A DNA stretch of 36,791 bases from Minisyncoccota bacterium (GTDB lineage Bacteria; Patescibacteriota; Minisyncoccia; UBA9983), in the NCBI GenBank assembly GCA_041648395.1, contig JBAZPC010000004.1, positions 1-36,791 on the forward strand. The letters are read 5' to 3'. Position 1 is the first letter of the stretch. Every line of letters starts with the position of its first letter. This document shows, piece after piece, positions 1-8,067 of the stretch. The notes beneath the pieces are model-generated. The model was not told where the DNA came from, searched no databases, and worked only from the letters and a program-made list of their open reading frames with translations. A program made the translations under genes and the position numbers.

Positions 1-83
1 ATCTCGCGAATAGATATTCCGGTCTCAAGCAAGCGCTCTATTCTGCGCCGTTCGCTGTCCGTTATGTGGTTGTATCCCTTCAT
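1..83 (-). mobile_element. 5' end of probable IS30-family transposase (N-terminal HTH), truncated by window start
   Basis: Not in ORF track. Minus strand from ATG at 83 reads MKGYNHITDSERRRIERLLETGISIREI..., matching the Y-x-H-L/I-T-x-x-E-R...G-x-S-x-R-x-I pattern of IS30 N-terminal HTH. AGGA lies just upstream. Confidence 0.6.
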
Positions 84-100
84 ATTTTCCTATGTTAGGG

Positions 101-126
101 TGTTCGGCTTCAAAGGTAAATTTGCT
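101..126 (-). repeat. Candidate left terminal inverted repeat of the IS30-like element
   Basis: Minus strand AGCAAATTTACCTTTGAAGCCGAACA lies 18 nt upstream of the transposase ATG and loosely resembles IS30-type ends. The partner end is outside the window. Confidence 0.35.
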
Positions 127-172
127 ACCCTCGCCTGGGCGAGGAAAAGTTCTTTAATAAGGGAGGATTGTC

Positions 173-850
173 ATGGACGACAACAAGACCTTGAGTAACG
201 CGGAACTGGAGTTGACGCAAAAAATTCAAATGCATTTTCCGAGAGGAATTATCTCTCTAGATGTGCTGAAAGCATGGAATTCCAGTAAAAAGGAGTTGAT
301 TACAGCGCGTCTTATTGAGACGTTTGGTAAAAGACCGGGAAAAAACAGCTTTGAATTTGAAAAGGATCCCATCCTTACCCTCATCGCCACCGTCAAAGTT
401 CCCGCGAGAACCGGCAGATTCGTCGCCAAAGTCCACTTCATAGTAGACACCGGCAAAAAGGCAAAGGTGAAGATTTCCTATCTGGGAGATAACTTCAGAG
501 AACATTTTCTCGGCAAAACCGAGGAACCAACTTCTGAAACAACCCTCTGCCAGCACGAGCTCAAGAAACCATCAAGAGACATCCCGATCATCAGCGAGCT
601 CGGCGGCGAAAACAAAGCGGAAACAACGCTTTCCGCAATGTTCGGCCTTATGGAAATGCAACCGAATGGTGAAACAGGAACACTGCTTACCAACGGCTAC
701 GCCAACATATTCTATGTTCGTGACCTCGGTGGTGTGCTGTGGACGGTCCGCTGCCTCTGGTCTGGCGTTGGCTGGCTTGTGGGTGCGTCTTCTGTTGACT
801 CTCCGCGCGATTGGGACGCGGGCGACCGTGTCTTTTCTTGCAATTCCTGA
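173..850 (+). CDS. Hypothetical protein, 225 aa; candidate DGR target (C-terminal variable region)
   Basis: GGAGG SD before ATG. C-terminus LLTNGYANIFYVRD...GVLWTVRCLWSGVGWLVGASSVDSPRDWDAGDRVFSCNS resembles CPR DGR target C-termini. Confidence 0.8.
   Translation: MDDNKTLSNAELELTQKIQMHFPRGIISLDVLKAWNSSKKELITARLIETFGKRPGKNSFEFEKDPILTLIATVKVPARTGRFVAKVHFIVDTGKKAKVKISYLGDNFREHFLGKTEEPTSETTLCQHELKKPSRDIPIISELGGENKAETTLSAMFGLMEMQPNGETGTLLTNGYANIFYVRDLGGVLWTVRCLWSGVGWLVGASSVDSPRDWDAGDRVFSCNS
731..850 (+). other. Candidate DGR variable region (VR)
   Basis: Only 5 A in 731-840 and none in 744-797, versus 22 A in 181-240. Many NNC/NNT codons lie between fixed W/G/V residues. Confidence 0.6.
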
Positions 851-897
851 AAACTTAAAAACTTTAAATCTTTAAGAAAGGAGGATTAGACACTTAG

Positions 898-927
898 ACC
901 CTTGGAAACTTTAAAATTTCCAAGGGT
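898..927 (+). terminator. Perfect 11-bp hairpin (terminator and/or DGR homing hairpin)
   Basis: ACCCTTGGAAA-ctttaaaa-TTTCCAAGGGT followed by a T-rich run, 48 nt after the stop of 173..850. Confidence 0.7.
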
Positions 928-938
928 TTTTATTTTTG

Positions 939-947
939 TGTTATAAT
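939..947 (+). promoter_or_regulatory. Extended -10 promoter of recJ
   Basis: TGtTATAAT ending 6 nt before ATG 954. Confidence 0.6.
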
Positions 948-953
948 CAAAAA

Positions 954-2681
954 ATGGCAAAGCAATGGGTGGTAAGGGAAAAAATTTCTGACGACTTGGT
1001 TCGGCAGATTTTGTTTTATAGGGGCGTTAAGGAAGAAAAAGAAATTGAAAAATTTTTGAATCCCGACTATGAAAAAGGCCAGTATGACCCCTTTCTGATG
1101 AAAGATATGGATAAGGCGGTGGAGAGAATTTTGCGGGCGGTAAAGAATAACGAGAAAGTCGTCATTTACGGCGACTACGACGCCGACGGCGTGTGTTCCT
1201 CCGCGATTTTCCACGAATTTTTCAAAAAAATCGGCTTCAATAATTTTCACATTCACATACCCGACCGGCACATGGACGGATACGGGTTGAATTCAAGCGC
1301 CATTGATGAATTTAAAAACTTGAAGGTTAATTTAGTCATCACTTTGGATTGCGGAATAAGCGACTATGAAGAAGTTGAGGAGTTAAATAAGGCGGGGATT
1401 GACACGGTTATTACCGACCATCATTTAACCCCAGAAAAATTGCCAAACGCACACGCTGTTGTTGATTCAAAACAAAAAGACGACAGCTATCCGTTTAAAT
1501 TTCTCTGCGGAGCGGGAGTGGCGTTCAAAACTATTCAGGCGCTAATAAAAAAAGGCGACTTTAATATCACATTCGGCTGGGAAAGGTGGCTTTTGGATTT
1601 GGTTTGTTTGGCGACAATTGCCGACATGGTTCCTCTTGTTGATGAAAATCGCGTGCTTGCTGGCTTCGGCTTGAAGGTCTTAAGAAAAACACAAAGGGCG
1701 GGGCTCAAGTCCTTTTACAGGAGATTGTCATTCAATTCGGCAAATTTAAATGAAGATGATATATCTTTCATGCTTGTGCCGCGGCTCAATGTCTCGGGCA
1801 GAATGGACCATGCCAACGCCAGTTTTGAATTGCTGGTGACGGAATCGGCGGAGGAGGCGGATTGGATTACCGGAAAAATGGAAATGATGACAGCGGAAAG
1901 AAAAAGCATCGTGGAAGATATCACAAAAGAAATAAATGAAAAAATAAAACAAGCTGGCGGAGCGCCGGAAATTATCGTTGCCGGAAATATGGATTGGAAT
2001 ACGGGTGTGCTGGGAATGACCGCCTCACGCGTCGTGGAAAAATACAACAGGCCGGTTTTTTTGTGGGGGAAGGGAGGAGCAAAAGAAATTAAGGGGTCGG
2101 CGCGAAGCGACGGCTCTATAAGTGTTGTTGATTTGATGAATGCGGTGGCGGAAGGAGTTTTAATTGAGGCGGGCGGACATGCCATGGCAGGAGGATTTTC
2201 GGTGAGCGACGGGAAAATAGGCGATTTGGAAAAAGAAATTTTGGCGGCGTTCGCGAAAATTCCAAAACAAGCAACTGATGGTGAAACTTTACACATAGAC
2301 AAGGAATTAAAAATTGAAGACGTGAACGAAGAAACTTACGCGGCCATAGAAAAATTAAGCCCATTTGGGAAGGATAATCCGAAGTCGGTTTTTTTGTTTT
2401 CCGACTTGGAAATTTTCAATGTGCGCAAATTCGGCAACGGCGGAATTCATTTGCAGTTGGATTTCAAAAAAACGGACGGCGGTGTTGTTTCAGCAATAAG
2501 CTTTTTCTCCAATGGCAATAACCACCGACGCCAGGCGTCGGTTGAACAACCGACGCCTGGCGTCGGTGCGGGTCAGCGCATTGACCTTGTTGCCACTTTG
2601 GAAAAATCATTCTTCCGCGTCACACCCGAATTGCGATTGAGGATAGTTGATGTAAAATTAAAGCATGTTAAAATTTCCTAA
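954..2681 (+). CDS. recJ: Single-stranded-DNA-specific exonuclease RecJ
   Basis: YGDYDADG, DCG, TDHH and GGHAMAGG DHH/DHHA1 motifs. ATG 954 preferred over the ORF-track start at 936. Confidence 0.95.
   Translation: MAKQWVVREKISDDLVRQILFYRGVKEEKEIEKFLNPDYEKGQYDPFLMKDMDKAVERILRAVKNNEKVVIYGDYDADGVCSSAIFHEFFKKIGFNNFHIHIPDRHMDGYGLNSSAIDEFKNLKVNLVITLDCGISDYEEVEELNKAGIDTVITDHHLTPEKLPNAHAVVDSKQKDDSYPFKFLCGAGVAFKTIQALIKKGDFNITFGWERWLLDLVCLATIADMVPLVDENRVLAGFGLKVLRKTQRAGLKSFYRRLSFNSANLNEDDISFMLVPRLNVSGRMDHANASFELLVTESAEEADWITGKMEMMTAERKSIVEDITKEINEKIKQAGGAPEIIVAGNMDWNTGVLGMTASRVVEKYNRPVFLWGKGGAKEIKGSARSDGSISVVDLMNAVAEGVLIEAGGHAMAGGFSVSDGKIGDLEKEILAAFAKIPKQATDGETLHIDKELKIEDVNEETYAAIEKLSPFGKDNPKSVFLFSDLEIFNVRKFGNGGIHLQLDFKKTDGGVVSAISFFSNGNNHRRQASVEQPTPGVGAGQRIDLVATLEKSFFRVTPELRLRIVDVKLKHVKIS
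2523..2568. repeat. 46-bp perfect nested palindrome inside recJ
   Basis: CACCGACGCCAGGCGTCGGTTG-aa-CAACCGACGCCTGGCGTCGGTG. Each arm is itself a hairpin. Confidence 0.9.
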
Positions 2682-3894
2682 AAACTTTTATTGGGGCGCG
2701 GCGACTTCCAGCCATCAGGTTGAGGGCGGGAATAATAATGATTGGTCAGAGTGGGAAAAAGATAATGCTGAACGGCTGGCAAAAGAAGCGGGAGAACGAT
2801 GGCAGAAATGGCAACAGGAAAAGTTTCCGGAAATGTTTGACACGCAGAATTACATTTCCGGTCGCGCCTGCGACCATTACAACAGATATGAAGAGGACTT
2901 TGACATTGCCAAATCGTTGGGTCACAACGCGCATCGTTTTTCCGTGGAATGGTCGCGCATAGAGCCGGAGGAGGGGAAATTTGACGAAAAAGAAATTGAA
3001 CATTACAGAAAGGTGATTGAGGCGCTGAAAAAGAGGGGCATTGAGCCATTTGTCACTCTTTGGCATTGGACCTTGCCTGTTTGGCTTTCCAAAAAAGGCG
3101 GAGTGGCTTGTCGCGGGTTCTCGGTGTTTTTTGAGCGATACGCGGAAAAAATGGCGGGTTCTCTCGGAGATTCGGTAAAGTTTTGGCTGACAATCAACGA
3201 ACCGGAGATTTACGCGCTGAACGCCTATAATCGCGGAAGATGGACTCCTCAAAAAAAGGGAATCTTTTCTTTCTTCAAAGCGATGCGAAGTTTGATAAAA
3301 GCGCACCGCAGGGCGTACAAAAAAATCAAGAATTCAAGCCCGTATTCTTTTGTCGGCATTGTTTGCAACTTGTCGGATTTCAAGTCCGCGGAAGGTTTTA
3401 TAAATGCCATTCTGAAAATTTTTTCTGAAAGATATTGGAACCATTATTTTCTAAGGTATGTCAAAAATCAGATTGACTGCATTGGCTTGAATTTTTATTT
3501 TCATAACAGAATAGATTACGGATTGAATAAAAATAAAAATGAAGTTGTTTCTGATGTGGGCTGGGATTTGCATCCGGAAGGCATTGAAAATGTTTTGATG
3601 AATTTAAAAAAATACAACAAGCCAATTTATATAACGGAAAGCGGATTAGCGGACAAAGAAGACAAAAACAGAAAATGGTTTATAGAAAAAACAATTGAGG
3701 CCGTGGCTGGCGCTATAAATCAAGGCGCGGATGTGCGCGGTTATTTTCATTGGTCGCTTCTTGATAATTTTGAATGGGACAGCGGTTTTTGGCCGAGATT
3801 CGGTTTGGTGGGGATAAATTACGAAACTTTAGAGCGAAAAATTCGCCCAAGCGCATTAGTGTATAAAAAAATAATTGAAGAAAACGGATTATGA
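2665..3894 (+). CDS. Glycoside hydrolase family 1 (beta-glucosidase-like)
   Basis: FPKNFYWGAATSSHQVEG, RFSVEWSRIEP, TINEP (acid/base), ITESG (nucleophile), WSLLDNFEW. Confidence 0.93.
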   Translation: MLKFPKNFYWGAATSSHQVEGGNNNDWSEWEKDNAERLAKEAGERWQKWQQEKFPEMFDTQNYISGRACDHYNRYEEDFDIAKSLGHNAHRFSVEWSRIEPEEGKFDEKEIEHYRKVIEALKKRGIEPFVTLWHWTLPVWLSKKGGVACRGFSVFFERYAEKMAGSLGDSVKFWLTINEPEIYALNAYNRGRWTPQKKGIFSFFKAMRSLIKAHRRAYKKIKNSSPYSFVGIVCNLSDFKSAEGFINAILKIFSERYWNHYFLRYVKNQIDCIGLNFYFHNRIDYGLNKNKNEVVSDVGWDLHPEGIENVLMNLKKYNKPIYITESGLADKEDKNRKWFIEKTIEAVAGAINQGADVRGYFHWSLLDNFEWDSGFWPRFGLVGINYETLERKIRPSALVYKKIIEENGL

Positions 3895-5714
3895 GCTGGA
3901 TTTTGATTGCCGTTCTTGCGCAAGTTATTTTGGGAACCTCGGCGGTTTTTGACAAGCTTCTTTTGGGCCGCAAATTTTTTAATCCGTTGGCTTATACTTT
4001 TTGGCTGGGCGTTTTAGGAATTTTTGCGGCAGTTTTGTTGCCTTTTGGGTTTCAAATTGTTTCCTTGGGCGTTATTGTTAAAGCTGTTTTTGCCGGCATC
4101 TTTCTTATTCTGGCCATGCTGTTTCTTTTTTACGGGCTTGATAAAGGCGAGGCGTCGCATATATTGCCGGCCGTGGGGGGAATCTCTCCCATATTTACTT
4201 TAATTTTTGGATATTTTTTCCTCAATATTTGGCTGGGGGCGGGAGAATTGCTGGCGTTTTTTGCTCTTATTGCCGCCGCTCTTATTCTTTTTCTTACCGA
4301 CAAAAAAGATACCAGAAAAATTTCTCTTTTTCTGATATTGGCCAGCTCTTTTTTCTTCGGCATATCAAATGTTTTAAGCAAGATTGTTTTCAGCGCCGGA
4401 AATTTCATAACCGGATTTTTTTGGATAAAAATAGGCGGATTGATTTTTGTCCTGTTGTTTCTGTTCTCCGGAAAAATCAGAAAAAACATTTTTGATTCCT
4501 CACACCAAAGTCCTCGCCGGCATCGGTTTCTCTATTTTTCCAATCGCTTGTACGCAGGCGTCGGTTCTGTGCTAGTAAGTTTTGCCGTTTCCCTTTCGTA
4601 TATTCCTGCTTTAGTTGACGCCTTTCAGGGGTTGAAATATGTCATAATTTTTATTTTTGCATGGGTTTTTTTAAAAGAAAAATTCAAAGGAAAAATTCTT
4701 GCCGGAAAAATTATAGCCACAATTTTTGTGTCGTTGGGAATTATCTTATTGGCCCTCATAAGTTACGCGAGGAACATCCCCATCAACGACAGCCGTTCCA
4801 TAACATGGGGGCTGACTTATTCAACAAAACAGGCCGAGGGGCTGGGCTTGGATTGGCGAAAAACATACGAAGATATTTTAAAAGAATTAAATCCTAAAAA
4901 AGTGCGGCTTGTTGTTTATTGGGACCAGGTTGAATCGGAAAAAGGAAAATTTAATTTTTCAGAAACGGACTGGTTGCTCAAAAAAACGGAGGAAAGTGGC
5001 GCAAGGACGGTTTTAGCTTTGGGAATCAAAGTTCCGCGATGGCCGGAAGTCCACCTTCCCGTTTGGGCAAGAAATCTAACCCCGGAAGAAAGGGAAGAGG
5101 CACTGAAAAATTATCTTGAAAAAACAATAGGCCGCTACAAAGACAATCCGGCTGTGGAAATGTGGCAAATTGAAAACGAACCATATCTTAGATTTGGCGA
5201 AAAAACGGAGCGCGGCAAAAATTTTTTAGAAAAAGAAATTGAAATGGCCAAAAAAACAGACAACAGTCATCCAATTCTCATAACCGACGGGGGAGAATTC
5301 GGCCTTTGGTATAAGGCGGCGAAAGCCGGCGATGTTTTCGGCACAACAATGTATCGAAACACTTATACGAATATTTTGGGCTGGCTTTTTGGAAACACAG
5401 AATACCCGTTTAGTCCCGGTTACTTTAAATTAAAAGAAAAAATAATAAGATTTTTAATTAACAATAATGAAAAAAAATTCATAGTGATAGAATTACAAGG
5501 AGAGCCATGGAGCAATGTTGGCTTGAATCGGCTTTCTCATGAGGAACAAGTGAAGCTATTCAGCCCTGACTATTTTGCTGATACAATTAAATATGCGAAG
5601 GAAACTGGATTTGACGAGTATTATCTTTGGGGCGCGGAATGGTGGTATTATATGAAAGAAAAATATAACGATTATTATTATTGGGAATATGCAAAAAATT
5701 TATTTGGGCGTTGA
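3891..5714 (+). CDS. Fusion of EamA/DMT-like membrane domain (about 10 TM) and clan GH-A glycoside hydrolase domain
   Basis: About 290 hydrophobic N-terminal residues with DMT-like repeats. The C-terminal soluble domain has WQIENEP and VIELQGEPW motifs. Confidence 0.75.
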   Translation: MSWILIAVLAQVILGTSAVFDKLLLGRKFFNPLAYTFWLGVLGIFAAVLLPFGFQIVSLGVIVKAVFAGIFLILAMLFLFYGLDKGEASHILPAVGGISPIFTLIFGYFFLNIWLGAGELLAFFALIAAALILFLTDKKDTRKISLFLILASSFFFGISNVLSKIVFSAGNFITGFFWIKIGGLIFVLLFLFSGKIRKNIFDSSHQSPRRHRFLYFSNRLYAGVGSVLVSFAVSLSYIPALVDAFQGLKYVIIFIFAWVFLKEKFKGKILAGKIIATIFVSLGIILLALISYARNIPINDSRSITWGLTYSTKQAEGLGLDWRKTYEDILKELNPKKVRLVVYWDQVESEKGKFNFSETDWLLKKTEESGARTVLALGIKVPRWPEVHLPVWARNLTPEEREEALKNYLEKTIGRYKDNPAVEMWQIENEPYLRFGEKTERGKNFLEKEIEMAKKTDNSHPILITDGGEFGLWYKAAKAGDVFGTTMYRNTYTNILGWLFGNTEYPFSPGYFKLKEKIIRFLINNNEKKFIVIELQGEPWSNVGLNRLSHEEQVKLFSPDYFADTIKYAKETGFDEYYLWGAEWWYYMKEKYNDYYYWEYAKNLFGR

Positions 5715-6462
5715 TGTCGGGGGGACAAAAATAAAGGCAATCCTACTGAATATAAAATCAGGCCGTCGTTTTGGCGCCTTTGAGGGAAAAACTCCCCAAA
5801 ATTTTCCTGCTTTTAATAAATTTTTGGAAAAAGGCATTAAGGGAGTAATTAAAAAAACTAAAATTTCCGGCATCGGAATTGGCCTGCCTGGCGTGGTAAA
5901 AGACGGAAAATTATTAGAAGCGCCACATCTTCATTTTTTGAAAAATTGGAATGTCCGCAAATTTCTTTCGCGTTTTCGCGTTCCAGTAAAAGTGGAAAAT
6001 GACAGCAGATGCTTTCTTGTTAGTGAATCAATATTGGGTGCCGGAAAAAATAAAAAAAATATCGCCGTTTTGACGATAGGGACGGGCATAGGCGGAGGAT
6101 TAATGATTAACGGGAAAATTTATCGCGGCGGAGGCAGCGCGGGAGAATTCGGTCACATGATTATAAACAGGGAAAAAACATTGGAGGAATTGGGAGCCAA
6201 AAAAGCGTTTTTAAAAATGGGCGACAGGAGTAAGGTTATAGGCGCCGGCATTGCGGACATAATCAACGCATTTGACCCCGATGTTGTTATTTTGGGCGGT
6301 GGCGGAGTTTTTCACGGCGGCATGAATATGGAAAAAGTGAAAAAAGTCGCGAGAAAAAACATAATTTCTCCCGTTTCAAAAAAGACAAAAATTGTGAGAG
6401 GTAAACTGGGAGAAAGCGCTCAGGCAATCGGCGCGGCGTTGTTGTTTAAAGTAAAATTATGA
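5689..6462 (+). CDS. ROK family sugar kinase (glucokinase-like)
   Basis: GVDVGGTK, VENDS, TIGTGIGGG, GEFGH. Confidence 0.92.
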   Translation: MQKIYLGVDVGGTKIKAILLNIKSGRRFGAFEGKTPQNFPAFNKFLEKGIKGVIKKTKISGIGIGLPGVVKDGKLLEAPHLHFLKNWNVRKFLSRFRVPVKVENDSRCFLVSESILGAGKNKKNIAVLTIGTGIGGGLMINGKIYRGGGSAGEFGHMIINREKTLEELGAKKAFLKMGDRSKVIGAGIADIINAFDPDVVILGGGGVFHGGMNMEKVKKVARKNIISPVSKKTKIVRGKLGESAQAIGAALLFKVKL

Positions 6463-6908
6463 AAATAAAAAAAGAGAAGTTAATCGTTTATACCGACGGC
6501 GGGTCGCGGGGGAATCCGGGGCCGGCGGGGGTGGGCGTGGTGATTTGCAATGAAAAAGGAAGCGTCGTCAAGGAATATGGGAAGGATATTGGCGTGCGTA
6601 CTAACAACGAAGCGGAATACGAGGCGGTTGTTTTCGCCTTGCAGAAAATCAAGCAATTGTTCGGCAAGGGCAAGATAAAAAATTTTGAAATTGAAATGAG
6701 AATGGACAGCCAACTGATAGCGCGCCAACTTAAAGGAGAATACAAAATTGAAGAAGAAAAATTATTTCCGTTATTTATAAAAATTTGGAATCTTCGCATG
6801 AGTTTCGGCAAAATCTCGTTTACCGAAATCCCGCGCGAAAAAAACCGCGAAGCCGACCGGCTCGCCAACGAGGCGATGGATAAAAAAGAGACAAAGAGAA
6901 TGTTTTAG
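6459..6908 (+). CDS. rnhA: Ribonuclease HI family protein
   Basis: YTDGGSRGNPG, NNEAEY, DSQL, NREADRLAN. Confidence 0.9.
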   Translation: MKIKKEKLIVYTDGGSRGNPGPAGVGVVICNEKGSVVKEYGKDIGVRTNNEAEYEAVVFALQKIKQLFGKGKIKNFEIEMRMDSQLIARQLKGEYKIEEEKLFPLFIKIWNLRMSFGKISFTEIPREKNREADRLANEAMDKKETKRMF

Positions 6909-7076
6909 AGGTTAAAAAAATGCTTCGAAAAACCAGCGATCGCAGAAATATCAAATCTTTTTATATACTCCAATTTATTCCATTGTCGCATATTGATTTT
7001 GTTTTGATGGCTTGCTAAGCTTATTACAGAATCAAATCTGCATTGCGGATTGAAAATTAACAAAAAGGAGGTAGTC

Positions 7077-7586
7077 GTGACAAACGATTTAGATAAAAAA
7101 GAAACTGATAAGTATAAGGTTTTTTTCGAGGCCCGCGCTATTCCGCAAATTCTTTTCAAGGAATTCACGGAAAAATACAGCCAAGGACCTCCTATTGAGA
7201 TTGCGGTCGGAAGCAATCTTTTTCAGATGTCTGACATTGTTGTTGAGGAAAAAGTCTCAGGATATCTAGGTTTATCGCAGTTTGATAATGAAAAAACAAT
7301 TCTTGTTGTATGGGCATGGAAGCCTAAAGATAAGGACGATCGTTTTGAAGGAACGGAACCAGAGCGGCTTCTTGAGGTTGTTTGCGGCCCGACGCCGTTT
7401 GGGGGATGGGATTGCGTGCGAGGTCAATGTTACGATAACCTTGTAAGCCTAAGTTTTCCATTTAGAGGATATAAGGCGGACATCCTTGCCGCAAAGCTCG
7501 CAGCAATGGTGCAGATCCGTGTGTGCGAGTTGCTAAATAGCCCTCATTATGAAAAAACAAAGCCAACTTATGATAGCTGTGTTTAG
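7077..7586 (+). CDS. Hypothetical protein (about 169 aa)
   Basis: Open frame. GGAGG at 7067-7071 favours GTG 7077 over TTG 7050. No recognisable motif. Confidence 0.65.
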   Translation: MTNDLDKKETDKYKVFFEARAIPQILFKEFTEKYSQGPPIEIAVGSNLFQMSDIVVEEKVSGYLGLSQFDNEKTILVVWAWKPKDKDDRFEGTEPERLLEVVCGPTPFGGWDCVRGQCYDNLVSLSFPFRGYKADILAAKLAAMVQIRVCELLNSPHYEKTKPTYDSCV

Positions 7587-7595
7587 AAGAAAAAT

Positions 7596-7623
7596 AAAAA
7601 AGGGGACTAAGTCCCCTTTTTTT
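7596..7623. terminator. Bidirectional intrinsic terminator
   Basis: AAAAAAGGGGAC-taa-GTCCCCTTTTTTT between convergent ORFs. Confidence 0.75.
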
Positions 7624-7840
7624 AACGATATTTTTTAGCAAGCTCGTGAGCTTTTTTGCCCCCGGGATCATGCTTTTCCATTTCGTCAATTAATCTCATT
7701 CTTGTGCTTATAGCAATTGCTTTTTCGCCGTCTGGATCATACCCCTTCATTTTTTTTGCCCAAGCAGAAAGATTTGTTCCACCTCTTTCTTCGCGGTCCA
7801 CCTTTTCTTTGTTTGAACCATAACGCTTTTTGACTTTCAT
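7622..7840 (-). CDS. Small basic hypothetical protein, 72 aa
   Basis: AAAGGAGG SD before ATG; ends at the terminator. Confidence 0.7.
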   Translation of the reverse strand: MKVKKRYGSNKEKVDREERGGTNLSAWAKKMKGYDPDGEKAIAISTRMRLIDEMEKHDPGGKKAHELAKKYR

Positions 7841-7850
7841 GCTTCCTCCT

Positions 7851-8003
7851 TTAAATTTTATTCAGTCGTTTCATGATTTTTCTCATTCTTTTTGTGATTT
7901 TTATAACATGCTTCTTGTCTACCGATGCAAGAAAAGTTTGATCCCTATCACAAGTTTGATTCATAAATCTGCTAGTCTTTTTTATCTGATTTTTGGTCAG
8001 CAT
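7851..8003 (-). CDS. Small basic hypothetical protein, 50 aa (MLTKNQIKKTSRFMNQTCDRDQTFLASVDKKHVIKITKRMRKIMKRLNKI)
   Basis: Below the ORF-track cutoff. GGGGGAG before ATG; its stop abuts the SD of the next small ORF. Confidence 0.55.
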   Translation of the reverse strand: MLTKNQIKKTSRFMNQTCDRDQTFLASVDKKHVIKITKRMRKIMKRLNKI

Positions 8004-8067
8004 AACTCCCCCTTTGTTTTTTAATAAAAGTTCTTTCTGGGCTTATGTTATCATTTTAATCAAATAT

